From an uncultured Bacilli bacterium (GTDB lineage: Bacteria > Bacillota_I > Bacilli_A > RF39 > UBA660): a DNA stretch of 64,000 nucleotides. The notes under the pieces were generated by a model, which worked only from the letters and a program-made list of their open reading frames with translations, did no database searches and was not told the origin of the DNA. Each line of letters begins with the position of its first letter. Position 1 is the stretch's first letter. The position numbers were made by a program, and so were the translations under genes. The stretch covers positions 15,439 through 79,438 of the forward strand of contig CAJUNE010000001.1 of assembly GCA_910587745.1 (NCBI GenBank), in the 5' to 3' direction. Of the stretch, positions 40,136 through 49,661 are shown piece after piece.

Positions 40136-40874
40136 TATTTTGTATGTTAGAATAAATCCTCAAGAAAAGGGGATAATGATGATAAAATTGAGTCCAGATA
40201 TACCATATCAAGAGCCTATATGTTTTGCTTCCTTTATTTATGATAATGAAAAGTATAATATATTTTTTCATAAAGGTTATGGAGATAAAGTAGATGATAA
40301 ATTTGTTCCTAATTTAAGCAGATATTTTATTCAAATATATAAAGATAAATTAGATGGTGAGTTTCCTAGGCTTTGTGCTTATATTTATTTTTATTTAGAT
40401 TTTGAAACAAAAGAGACTAAATATATTGGAACAGGAGTAAATCCTGAATATCGAAATAGAGGGTTTGCATCATTACTAGCTTCCCTATGGACTTGGATAT
40501 GTATGGATAATAACTTCTATGAATATGTTACAAATAAAAAACAACGAAAACCTTTTTTGATTTATCTCTTAAAGCTTTATGGTTTTGAAATAAATGACAT
40601 TACGGAATATGAAACTTCAAGAAAAACTATTTTTATATGTAGAGATTCTTTATCAAAAGATAAATGTTTATATTTTAAAGATACAAACGAAGCTAAAAAC
40701 TTTAACAAAAGTAATATTGCCAAACATGATAATTATAGAATATTAAGTAGCCTAGATGACACGGCCATAGAGGTTCTTGATAGAGTTATCTTAACAACCC
40801 CATATCAATTACAAGATTTTACAAAAGCATACACTAGAAGTAGAAAGAAATTAGAAAGCCATGGAATTATTTAA
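40125..40874 (+). CDS. hypothetical protein with weak GNAT-like motif
   Basis: GVNPEYRNRGFASLL resembles the GNAT acetyl-CoA motif A (R/Q-x-x-G-x-G/A); otherwise unassigned. Confidence 0.3.
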   Translation: MTNSILYVRINPQEKGIMMIKLSPDIPYQEPICFASFIYDNEKYNIFFHKGYGDKVDDKFVPNLSRYFIQIYKDKLDGEFPRLCAYIYFYLDFETKETKYIGTGVNPEYRNRGFASLLASLWTWICMDNNFYEYVTNKKQRKPFLIYLLKLYGFEINDITEYETSRKTIFICRDSLSKDKCLYFKDTNEAKNFNKSNIAKHDNYRILSSLDDTAIEVLDRVILTTPYQLQDFTKAYTRSRKKLESHGII

Positions 40875-40987
40875 TAAAAAGGTAAAGAAATAATTAAAAA
40901 ACTTGATTTTTAAACATTTTTGTGATAAATTATAAATGTGAACACGAAAGTGTTTTTTAATTTACAAAAAAATATGAGGTGAGGCAA

Positions 40988-41290
40988 ATGGCTAAAAAAG
41001 ATATTAAAGAGACAACAAAAGAAGTTGTAGATGAAACAAAAATCCAAGAGAAAAAAGCTAAGGCAGAAAAAAAGAAAGATACTAAGAAAAAAACAAAGAA
41101 AGCAGAAAGAAAAGCGCCAAAAGAAAATTATTTTGTTGGAGTTAGAAATGAACTTTCTAAAGTAAAATGGCCAAGTAAAAAAGAAGTATTTAAATATACT
41201 ATGGCAACAATTATATTTGTTTTATTACTAGTAGGCTTCTTTATATTAATGAGTTTAGTAATGTCAGGAATTAAGGGGGCGTTTAACTAA
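40988..41290 (+). CDS. secE: preprotein translocase subunit SecE (with Lys-rich N-terminal extension)
   Basis: C-terminal ...VRNELSKVKWPSKKEVFKYTMATIIFVLLLVGFF... is the SecE TM/amphipathic signature; immediately precedes nusG. ATG 40988 follows RBS GAGGTGAGG. Confidence 0.8.
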   Translation: MAKKDIKETTKEVVDETKIQEKKAKAEKKKDTKKKTKKAERKAPKENYFVGVRNELSKVKWPSKKEVFKYTMATIIFVLLLVGFFILMSLVMSGIKGAFN

Positions 41291-41823
41291 TGGAAAAAGA
41301 GTGGTATGTAGTTAACACTTATTCAGGTCACGAAGCAAAAGTTAAAGAAAAGCTAGAAGCAAAAGTAGAATCAATGGGATTACAAGATTATATTTATCGT
41401 ATAATTATTCCTGAAACTACTGAAGTAGAAATAAAAGATGGTGTCAAAAAAGAAAAAACAAAGAAAATGTTTCCAGGCTATGTTCTAGTAGAAATGGTAA
41501 TGAGTGATGAAGCATGGTATATCGTCCGTAATACTCCAGGTGTAACAGGATTTATCGGTTCATCAGGAAAAGGAGCAAAACCAACACCATTATTACCAAG
41601 CGAAATTGATAAAATATTAGCAAGTATGGGAATGAGTCGTGTTAATATTGAATCTGAAATAGCAGTAGGAGACAAAGTAAGTATTGTTGATGGACCATTC
41701 AAAGGAATGATTGGTAAAGTTGACAATATTGATTTAGAAAATAATAGATTAAATGTTTTAATTGATTTATTTGGTCAAGAAACACCTGTTGAAGTAGAAG
41801 TATACCAAGTAAATAAAGCTTAA
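41290..41823 (+). CDS. nusG: transcription termination/antitermination factor NusG
   Basis: WYVVNTYSGHE NGN domain and C-terminal KOW (VGDKVSIVDGPFKGMIGKV); TAATG overlap with secE. Confidence 0.95.
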   Translation: MEKEWYVVNTYSGHEAKVKEKLEAKVESMGLQDYIYRIIIPETTEVEIKDGVKKEKTKKMFPGYVLVEMVMSDEAWYIVRNTPGVTGFIGSSGKGAKPTPLLPSEIDKILASMGMSRVNIESEIAVGDKVSIVDGPFKGMIGKVDNIDLENNRLNVLIDLFGQETPVEVEVYQVNKA

Positions 41824-41843
41824 TTTTTTTGGAGAAAATCAAA

Positions 41844-42218
41844 GTGAAAGAAACAGATGAGTTATTAAAAAGCTTTTATATAAATATAGCACATGATTAC
41901 AGTGAAACCCCAGGAGCCAGATACATATCTGATGGCCCATTCTCTGGTGAAGAGTTTAGAGATAAGTTATTAGAACCAAGATATTTAAATTGTTTATCTT
42001 TAGGCATAAAACTAATAATTGATTTTGATGGAGGATATGGATATCCTATAACTTTTTTAGAAGAAGCATTTGGTGGTTTAGTAAGAAAAGGATATAGTGG
42101 GATTGATTTGTTAAATAATACTATCTTTGTATCTAATGAAGAGCCTAAAATAATAGAAGATATTAAAAAATTAATACTAGAAGAAGAACAAAGACAATTT
42201 CCAAGAAGTAGAAAATAA
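41844..42218 (+). CDS. small STAS-like protein, DUF4325-like
   Basis: ...LIIDFDGGYGYPITFLEEAFGGL... resembles the DUF4325 STAS-like core from memory. Probable GTG start 41844 lies 5 nt after GGAGAAAA; the listed TTG is 41829. Confidence 0.3.
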   Translation: MKETDELLKSFYINIAHDYSETPGARYISDGPFSGEEFRDKLLEPRYLNCLSLGIKLIIDFDGGYGYPITFLEEAFGGLVRKGYSGIDLLNNTIFVSNEEPKIIEDIKKLILEEEQRQFPRSRK

Positions 42219-42331
42219 TTTAAAGATGGTTAAAAACTATCTTTTTTTTCATATTTAATTTATGATATAATATTTTGTATAAATTTAATGTAAAAAATAA
42301 ATAGTTAGATTAAATAGGGAAAGGAGAAAAT

Positions 42332-43099
42332 ATGACCATTGGTGAAAAACATATTGATAAATTAGTCCAAAAAATGCATGAATATTATAATAGTAAAGAC
42401 TCTAACACTTTAGCAACAGTTGATTTTCCTGAATATTTAGAATATAAAAGTAATGAATGGTTAATTTATATATTTTATTCTTGCTTATTAGATTATGGTA
42501 TGAGGTCCGAAAATTATCATAATAATTTAATAAAAACCCATCAGTTATATCCTAAAATATTTAACCCAAAGTATGTTATAACAACCTATACAAATAATAA
42601 AGAAGAGTTATTAAATATAATGAAAAAAAGTATTCATCCCAGGTATCCCAATGTTGCCGTAGACAAGTGGTTAAATTTATCAAAAGAATTAGCAAAATAT
42701 AATAACTTAATAGATAAAATCAAAGAATTTAATAATTTTAATGAACTAAATATATTTATCAGAAATATAAAAGGATATGGTCAAAAGACAGGAGGATTAT
42801 TACTTAGATTAATATATGAAGCTAAGGTATGTAATTTTAGTGTTAAATTAGGATATATTCCACTAGATAGACATGATATTGAAATAAGTTATTTAAATAA
42901 CATCATTGATAGTAAGAAGTTAAATAATAAAGAAATAGAAGAGTTATCAACGTTATACATAAAAAGTGGCGAAAAGCAAGGAATTGATGCAAATTTAATA
43001 GATAAATACTTATGGAATATAGGTAATGATTTTTGTAATAAAAAGAATTGTATTAATTGCCCTTTGTATGGTAATTGTAAAACAAAAGAAAATAATTAG
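42332..43099 (+). CDS. HhH-GPD-like protein with C-terminal Cys cluster (endonuclease III-like DNA glycosylase superfamily, divergent)
   Basis: IKGYGQKTGGLLLRLI resembles the EndoIII HhH (LPGVGRKTA). C-terminal CNKKNCINCPLYGNC resembles the FeS-cluster loop (C-x4-C-x2-C-x5-C here, canonical C-x6-C-x2-C-x5-C). Confidence 0.4.
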   Translation: MTIGEKHIDKLVQKMHEYYNSKDSNTLATVDFPEYLEYKSNEWLIYIFYSCLLDYGMRSENYHNNLIKTHQLYPKIFNPKYVITTYTNNKEELLNIMKKSIHPRYPNVAVDKWLNLSKELAKYNNLIDKIKEFNNFNELNIFIRNIKGYGQKTGGLLLRLIYEAKVCNFSVKLGYIPLDRHDIEISYLNNIIDSKKLNNKEIEELSTLYIKSGEKQGIDANLIDKYLWNIGNDFCNKKNCINCPLYGNCKTKENN

Positions 43100-43127
43100 T
43101 TTTAAGAAGATATTTGGTAAATGAACT

Positions 43128-43859
43128 ATGAGTTTAAAAATTAAGGTGGTGAAAAACATAAAAAATAAATTATTTAATGAATTAATAAATGATATGAGTA
43201 AATGTCAAAAATGTATATCTTTACATTCCAAAAATAATATTGATTGCTCGCTAATTAATATTTATAAAAATAAAAAATTTGCAAAAGAAATTCCATCAAT
43301 CTGGACTGATTGGTACAATAGATTAGATTCAAAAATCATGATAATAGGACAAGATTGGGGACCTTATTTGGATATGAAAAAATTAAATGCTAGATATTTA
43401 GAAAATCCTACAAAAGATAATTGGCTTAAATTAATAGAAGATGAAAAAAGTTTAACCAAAAAACAACTTACAAAATATTTAATAGAATCTTCAAATGGTA
43501 AAATTGATACCATTAATGATATTTATATTACGAATGCCATTATGTGTGCTAGACATGGAAATAATTATAGAGGAAATAACATCAATTTGAAATGTTCGAC
43601 ATTAAATTGTAAAGAATTTTTATTTAGGCAAATAGAAATAGTAAAACCAAAAATAATATTAACATTAGGCTATTATCCTCTATATTCACTTTCAAATATT
43701 TATAATTTTAAAATAGAAGAAAATTTAACCAAAACAATAGAAAAATATCCTATAATAGAAATTGATAATTTTATTATTATTCCTTTATATCATCCCGTAG
43801 CACAAATAACAAAAGAAAAACAATTAGAACAATACAAAAAGGTTTGGCAATTTATTTAA
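43128..43859 (+). CDS. uracil-DNA glycosylase superfamily protein (family 4/5-like, atypical motif A GQDWG)
   Basis: N-terminal CQKC, MIIGQDWGP in place of GEAPG, IYITNAIMC (motif like VYITNxVKC), and C-terminal PLYHP (HPS-type motif B). Confidence 0.55.
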   Translation: MSLKIKVVKNIKNKLFNELINDMSKCQKCISLHSKNNIDCSLINIYKNKKFAKEIPSIWTDWYNRLDSKIMIIGQDWGPYLDMKKLNARYLENPTKDNWLKLIEDEKSLTKKQLTKYLIESSNGKIDTINDIYITNAIMCARHGNNYRGNNINLKCSTLNCKEFLFRQIEIVKPKIILTLGYYPLYSLSNIYNFKIEENLTKTIEKYPIIEIDNFIIIPLYHPVAQITKEKQLEQYKKVWQFI

Positions 43860-43878
43860 AATGGAATATAAAAAAGAA

Positions 43879-44062
43879 AAAGCGTCTAATATTTAAGAAG
43901 CTTTTTTTCTAAGTAAGTAATAACTTTATATAAAATAAAAGAAATAAGTAATAAAATAACAATACCAGATATAACCATATTAAGATTAAATACTTGAGTA
44001 CCATATATAATGAGATAACCAAGATCAGCTTTACTAACTAAAAATTCTCCCATAATAACACC
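43879..44062. repeat. 184-bp direct repeat copy A: duplicate of the 3' end plus terminator of the ABC permease gene
   Basis: Identical to 45240-45423 except 2 mismatches (aagcGtc/aagcCtc, aagaTcag/aagaCcag). Confidence 0.85.
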
Positions 44063-44180
44063 GACTAATTCTGAATGGAGAGAATAATCTAACTATTAAA
44101 AGCATTTATTAATAGCCATTAATTTGGTATAATATAGTTACTATTTTTATTTGAAATTAAAAAGAAAGGAGATGTTTATT

Positions 44181-45191
44181 TTGAATAATTTAGAAGTTAT
44201 CAGTAGTACAGAAGAATTTTTAGTTTTTAAGACACAAGAAAAAGAAAAAGGAATTGCAGTTCGATATGAAAATGAAAATTTATGGATGACACAAAAAGCT
44301 ATGGCTGAGTTATTTGCTGTTAATGTTCCAGCGATTAATAAGCACTTAAATAATATCTATGATGAAGGAGAACTTAATAGAGATTCAACTATTTCCAAAA
44401 TGGAAACAGTTCAACAAGAAGGGAATCGTAATGTAAAAAGAAATGTTGAATTTTACAATTTAGATGCAATTATTTCTGTAGGATATAGAGTTAATTCAAG
44501 GCGTGCTACACAATTTAGAAGATGGGCTACACAAGTTTTAAAAAAATATACTATAGAAGGCTATGCACTAGATAAAAAAAGAATGGAAAACGGAGCATTC
44601 TTAGATAAAGATTATTTTGAAAAACTTTTAGAAGAGATTCGAGAAATTCGCTTGAGTGAGAGAAGATTCTATCAAAAAATCACTGATATATATGCAACCA
44701 GCATCGATTATGATGCAGCATCTCCAACAACTATTGAATTTTTTAAAAAAGTTCAAAACAAAATGCACTATGCCATCACTCATCAAACAGCTGCAGAAAT
44801 TATCTATAATAGAGTAGACCATACAAAAGAAAATATGAATTTAACTTCTTGGAAGAATTCTCCAAATGGAAAAATCATGGAATCTGATGTAGTGATTGCT
44901 AAAAATTATTTAACTAAAGAAGAGATTAAAGATTTAGAAAGAATAGTAAATGCCTTTTTAGAACTTGCTGAGCGTAGAGCTGAGAGGCATATTCCTATGA
45001 CTATGGAAGACTGGAGTACAAGAATAGATAAATATTTACTAGCAGATGATTTAGATGTTTTAAAAGATGCCGGAAAGATATCACATGAAATAGCAGTTGA
45101 TAAAGCTTTAAGTGAATTTGAAAAATATAGAATTACACAAGATAAATTGTTTGAATCTGATTTTGATAAATTTATATTAGAAACAAAATAG
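44181..45191 (+). CDS. rhuM: RhuM family virulence/island-associated protein
   Basis: ENENLWMTQKAMAELFAVNVPAINKHLNNIYDEGEL...FYNLDAIISVGYRVNSRRATQFRRWATQVLKKY matches the conserved RhuM core. Probable TTG start 44181 lies 9 nt after GGAG; the listed start 44151 is in frame upstream. Confidence 0.8.
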   Translation: MNNLEVISSTEEFLVFKTQEKEKGIAVRYENENLWMTQKAMAELFAVNVPAINKHLNNIYDEGELNRDSTISKMETVQQEGNRNVKRNVEFYNLDAIISVGYRVNSRRATQFRRWATQVLKKYTIEGYALDKKRMENGAFLDKDYFEKLLEEIREIRLSERRFYQKITDIYATSIDYDAASPTTIEFFKKVQNKMHYAITHQTAAEIIYNRVDHTKENMNLTSWKNSPNGKIMESDVVIAKNYLTKEEIKDLERIVNAFLELAERRAERHIPMTMEDWSTRIDKYLLADDLDVLKDAGKISHEIAVDKALSEFEKYRITQDKLFESDFDKFILETK

Positions 45192-45239
45192 TAATCCATA
45201 TACATAGAAATTATATAAAGATATTCTCAAAAATGTAAA

Positions 45240-45423
45240 AAAGCCTCTAATATTTAAGAAGCTTTTTTTCTAAGTAAGTAATAACTTTATATAAAATAAA
45301 AGAAATAAGTAATAAAATAACAATACCAGATATAACCATATTAAGATTAAATACTTGAGTACCATATATAATGAGATAACCAAGACCAGCTTTACTAACT
45401 AAAAATTCTCCCATAATAACACC
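45240..45423. repeat. 184-bp direct repeat copy B (native 3' end of the permease gene plus terminator)
   Basis: See copy A. Includes the stop codon of the 45247-46059 gene and the stem aaaaagc...gcttttt. Confidence 0.85.
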
Positions 45424-46059
45424 TATTAGAGTCATAGAAATATTAAGTTTTAAACTAGAAATAATAGTTTTATAAGTTGCAGGAATTGTAAGTTTAAATA
45501 GAGTATCAAGTTTAGAAGCTTTAAAAGTTTTAAAAAGTTTTATTAAATCCGAATCTATATTATTAAAACCATTATAAATAGAAATAATACCTACAATCAA
45601 ATTAATAAGAAGAGCCATAACAATAATAGATTTTGTATTAGCACCTACAATAATAATTATTAAAGGACCAAGAGCTACTTTAGGTAAACTATTAATTAAA
45701 GTAAGGTAGGGATCAATTACTTTATTTAAGATTCTAAATTCATAAAGTAGAATAGCAATAATAAAACTAAGAGTAATTCCGATGGTAAAAGCAATTAAAG
45801 TTTCATAAATAGTGGTAAAAATATGATGAATTAGATTATAATTCAGAAATAGATTTTTAATCGTAACAAGTACTTTAGAAGGAGAAGAAAAGATAAAGGG
45901 ATTAATAATTTTTAAATTGCTAAGAACTTCCCAAGCAATAAGAAAAGCTACTAGAATAAAGACTTGTAAGAATAAAACCAAGATTTTTTCTAATTTAATT
46001 TTTTTCAAATAAGTTTTATGTTCTTTACTCATATTGTAAGTCCTTCCAAATAAGATCAT
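45247..46059 (-). CDS. ABC transporter permease (NitT/TauT family, SsuC-like)
   Basis: 6-TM BPD-type permease with EAA-like loop; translationally coupled to the upstream ATPase. Confidence 0.8.
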   Translation of the reverse strand: MILFGRTYNMSKEHKTYLKKIKLEKILVLFLQVFILVAFLIAWEVLSNLKIINPFIFSSPSKVLVTIKNLFLNYNLIHHIFTTIYETLIAFTIGITLSFIIAILLYEFRILNKVIDPYLTLINSLPKVALGPLIIIIVGANTKSIIVMALLINLIVGIISIYNGFNNIDSDLIKLFKTFKASKLDTLFKLTIPATYKTIISSLKLNISMTLIGVIMGEFLVSKAGLGYLIIYGTQVFNLNMVISGIVILLLISFILYKVITYLEKKLLKY

Positions 46060-46774
46060 AATACTTACTAAAATTTTTATCTTTTCTATTTTCGATTGGA
46101 GTTAAATCTATTTCTCTTTTAATTGGATAAATATTTTTGATATGCGAAGGTCTAGAAGATAAGACAATAACTCTAGTACTAATACTTATAGCTTCTGCCA
46201 AATCATGAGTTACCATAATAGCAGTTTTGCCTTCATTTTTAAGAATTTTATAAACATCATCACTAACACTAAGACGAGATTGATAATCAAGTTTACTAAA
46301 AGGTTCATCAAGAATTAAGATATCGGGTTTTAAAGCCAGAGTACGAATTAAGGCAACTCGTTGTCTCATACCACCAGATAGTTCATCAGGATATTTATCT
46401 TTAAAATCTCCAAGACCATAAGTATCAAGTAAATTATTTACATAATCCATATTATCTTTAGTTTTAGTATGAGTTATTTCAAGAGCGATACAAGCATTAT
46501 CAAATACAGTTCGCCATGAAAGAAGTGAATCACTTTGAAGCATATATCCAAGTTTTAGATTACTTTTAAGAAATTTAATATCACCAGTAGTTTTAGTATC
46601 CATATTAGTAAGGATATTAAGTAGGGTAGATTTACCACAACCACTAGGTCCTACGATTGAAATAAATTCTCCTTGAAATAAATCAAAGGTTATATCACTT
46701 ATAGCATTTACTTCCTTTTTACCTGAATAATAAACTTTAGAAATATTTTTAACACTAAGAAGTTTATTTTTCAT
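46025..46774 (-). CDS. ABC transporter ATP-binding protein (SsuB/TauB-like)
   Basis: Walker A GPSGCGKST, signature LSGGMRQRVAL, Walker B ILILDEPFSKLD. Confidence 0.85.
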   Translation of the reverse strand: MKNKLLSVKNISKVYYSGKKEVNAISDITFDLFQGEFISIVGPSGCGKSTLLNILTNMDTKTTGDIKFLKSNLKLGYMLQSDSLLSWRTVFDNACIALEITHTKTKDNMDYVNNLLDTYGLGDFKDKYPDELSGGMRQRVALIRTLALKPDILILDEPFSKLDYQSRLSVSDDVYKILKNEGKTAIMVTHDLAEAISISTRVIVLSSRPSHIKNIYPIKREIDLTPIENRKDKNFSKYYDLIWKDLQYE

Positions 46775-47312
46775 ATAAATTATTAATTAGTTTACTATAA
46801 GGCATACGTTTATCAATTAACTTATTATCTTCTAAAATATCTTGTAAGTTATTAAAACTTTGTTCATTAATAAAAGGATCACTAAGCCAAGAATCATATT
46901 TCTTATAATTATCAACGATTACAGTTAAATCTTCCAAACTAATATCTGGAAACTCTGGTAATATAACTTTAGCAATAGTTTTAGCATCATTATTTTTAAC
47001 AAATTCTAGTCCTTTATTTATAGCATTAGTAAAATCTTTTAAAGTTTCATTATTTTTATTTAAGTAACTTTTACGAGCATAAAAAGCAGTATAAGGCATT
47101 TCACCAGATAATTTACCAATTGATTCAACAATACAAGCCTTACTATTTTTTACAACACTAGTAGCAGTAGGTTCAAATAAATCAACGAAGTCTCCCATAC
47201 CACCAATAAATGAACCTGATAAAGAAGCAAAATCAACAGCATAATTAACGTTTATTTTACTTAAATCAATATTACTATTCTTAATAGCATTTAAGAAGTT
47301 TAACGCTGGCAT
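46764..47312 (-). pseudogene. C-terminal half of an NMT1/SsuA-like substrate-binding-protein gene, severed by element insertion
   Basis: SBP C-lobe-like sequence. Joins in frame with the 61245-61718 fragment once the intervening element is removed in silico (...VGRQGG|MPALNF...). Confidence 0.7.
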
Positions 47313-47683
47313 TCCTCCTGTTCTTGTACAAAACTTATAACCAATTTAATTCCCCATAAAATAAGGGGTTAATAAAATCATTAGACAAGAAATAGTCTTC
47401 TTTTTTTAATGATTTTATCTCCGTGGGTAAAAACACTCGTATTATATTAGTAGAAGATAAGGAGTGTTGATTTTATGACTATATTTAAGTTGAATTTCAA
47501 TGAAATTATTCCACCGTGATATCTATATTATTATTTATTAAGAATATATAATAGGAGAAAAATATATCCCCTTTTATATATTAAGTTAAGTCATAGTAGT
47601 TATAGATTAAAAGGAGAAGAATTTGAAAGATTTAACTATTTATGTTAATAACGATTTAATTATAGCCAATAAAGGTTATAATT

Positions 47684-48676
47684 ATGAAGACTGAAGTTAA
47701 AAAATTAAGAGATTATGATATCGATTTAGAAGATGAAGTAACATTAATAACTTATAATTGTCATCATCACGAGATACTATATGTTAAGAATAAGAATAGT
47801 AAACCTAGAATTAAGTTATTACCTAATCATATGTATCAGGATCTTACTACTGGAGAAATAAAACCTTGTAAGAAACAAATTAGTAATAGGTCTGAGGGAA
47901 AGATTTCATTAAGGAAAACCTTTAAAAGTATAAGAGAAGCCATTAATGTTAATTGTGAAGATGTTAGAAAATGTAAAATGGTGACATTAACTTATGATGA
48001 AGTTATGAGAGATACAAAGAAATTTGATAGTGATATCAATAAATTTGTTAAGAAGTTTAATTATAGGTATGGAAAGTCAGAGAATATAAAGGTATGTGAG
48101 GCTCAATCAAGTGGTTCTCTACACGCTCATATTATCTTTATATGGGAAGATATCGCTCCATATATTGATTATAAAGATTTAATAAAAGTATGGGGTAAGG
48201 GTTATGTAAAAGTAACTCCTCTATATGGAAATGTCGATGATTTAGGAGCATATTTTACTGCTTGTCTAAGTGATTTACCTATTGAAGAATGTAATATGAC
48301 GTATGAAGAAGTAAGAGAAAAGAACTTGTTAATAAAAGAAGTATATGTAGATGTTAAAACTGGAGAACAATTAAAATGTCCTAAGTATTTTATAAAAGGT
48401 GGTAGATTACAATTTTATCCCCCTAACTTTAGAATATTTAGACCTTCAAGAGGTTTAAAGAAACCACTTAAGGAAAAAATGGAGAATAAAGAAGCATTGG
48501 AAAAGGTTGATTCGAATGAACCAACCTACGAGTCTTATCTCCAAGTATTAGATGAAAACGGTAATGAATTGAATGTAATTGTTCGAAAATGTTATAATTC
48601 GATGAGATTTCCAAGAGAAGATGATAAAGAACCAGAACTAGTTTTCAATATACTAGATGATTTATCTTCTTCATAA
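47684..48676 (+). CDS. HUH-type replication initiator-like protein (rolling-circle Rep-like)
   Basis: MVTLTY (motif I-like) and SGSLHAHIIF (HUH motif II); a candidate Tyr region GAYFTAC. Confidence 0.45.
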   Translation: MKTEVKKLRDYDIDLEDEVTLITYNCHHHEILYVKNKNSKPRIKLLPNHMYQDLTTGEIKPCKKQISNRSEGKISLRKTFKSIREAINVNCEDVRKCKMVTLTYDEVMRDTKKFDSDINKFVKKFNYRYGKSENIKVCEAQSSGSLHAHIIFIWEDIAPYIDYKDLIKVWGKGYVKVTPLYGNVDDLGAYFTACLSDLPIEECNMTYEEVREKNLLIKEVYVDVKTGEQLKCPKYFIKGGRLQFYPPNFRIFRPSRGLKKPLKEKMENKEALEKVDSNEPTYESYLQVLDENGNELNVIVRKCYNSMRFPREDDKEPELVFNILDDLSSS

Positions 48677-48951
48677 TAATATATACGAACCGTAGATATT
48701 AAGAGTGTAATAGTAAAATATTATGCTCTTTTATTTATGATTAAATTGTATCATCGTGAATTACTATGTTTATTTAAGTTTTAACACGATATAAATATCA
48801 AACTAGTGTAATTGATGTAGAAAGTATCAAATTCGTTAATTTGATGTGTTTAACGAAGTATTTTAAAAATTTATGATTTTCATATCTAACAAAAAAGATA
48901 TTTGGTTGTTTTGTGTCAAATATTTATATAGTATAATGTTTTTATTTAGGA

Positions 48952-49524
48952 GTGGTAGAAATGGAAATATATTTAATTGAGAAAGATTTTAATAAGTTTA
49001 AGTATTTACAACTATACTTTAAAGATGAGAATGTTATATTAGTAAATGAAAGTTTTGAGAAGTTTATAAAAAATACAAGGGTTCAATGTGTAGTTTCCCC
49101 GGCTAATTCATTTGGTTTAATGGATGGTGGATATGATTTAGCATTGACTAAGTGGTATGGTAAAGAGTTACAAGAAAGAGTTCAAAAATATATAATTGAA
49201 AATTATTATGGAGAACAGCCAGTCGGTTCTAGTTTCATTATAGAAACTAGAAAAGATAATCAGTATTTAATTCATACACCAACTATGAGAACACCTGAAA
49301 AGATAGTAGATACAAGAGTTATATATCAGTGTATGAGAACTACATTAATGGTAGCAAAAGAAAATGATATAAAAAGTGTTTTGATACCTATGTTTGGTGG
49401 TCTAACTGGTTGTGTAAGACCTCAAGTAGTCGCAGAAATGATGTGTCTAGGATATCGCCAAATAATGGGAAATCATAAAGAAATAAGTTGGGATATAATA
49501 GAAGAATTGAAATTAAAAGAATAG
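48952..49524 (+). CDS. macro domain protein (ADP-ribose binding/processing)
   Basis: VQCVVSPANSFGLMDGGYDLAL matches the macro-domain N-x6-GGGV-like Gly-rich ADP-ribose pocket; 190 aa. Confidence 0.65.
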   Translation: MVEMEIYLIEKDFNKFKYLQLYFKDENVILVNESFEKFIKNTRVQCVVSPANSFGLMDGGYDLALTKWYGKELQERVQKYIIENYYGEQPVGSSFIIETRKDNQYLIHTPTMRTPEKIVDTRVIYQCMRTTLMVAKENDIKSVLIPMFGGLTGCVRPQVVAEMMCLGYRQIMGNHKEISWDIIEELKLKE

Positions 49525-49559
49525 TATCGTTTAACGAAGTGTTTTAAATTGTTATTATT

Positions 49560-49593
49560 CTTACACATTTGAAAAATGTGTAAGAACGTTTTT
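49560..49593 (+). terminator. palindrome/terminator after the macro gene
   Basis: cttacacattt-gaaa-aatgtgtaag is a perfect 11-bp stem followed by aacgttttt. A half-site repeat caaatgtgtaag occurs again just downstream, so this may double as an operator. Confidence 0.45.
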
Positions 49594-49661
49594 CAAATGT
49601 GTAAGTGATAATTAAAAGATTTTTATATATTAATATGAAAGATGTATTACTAGGGAGTCAA

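Noticed and set aside
41824-43859. Assigning the post-nusG genes as rplK/rplA
   Set aside because: Their sequences bear no resemblance to L11/L1; they are STAS-like, HhH-like and UDG-like instead.
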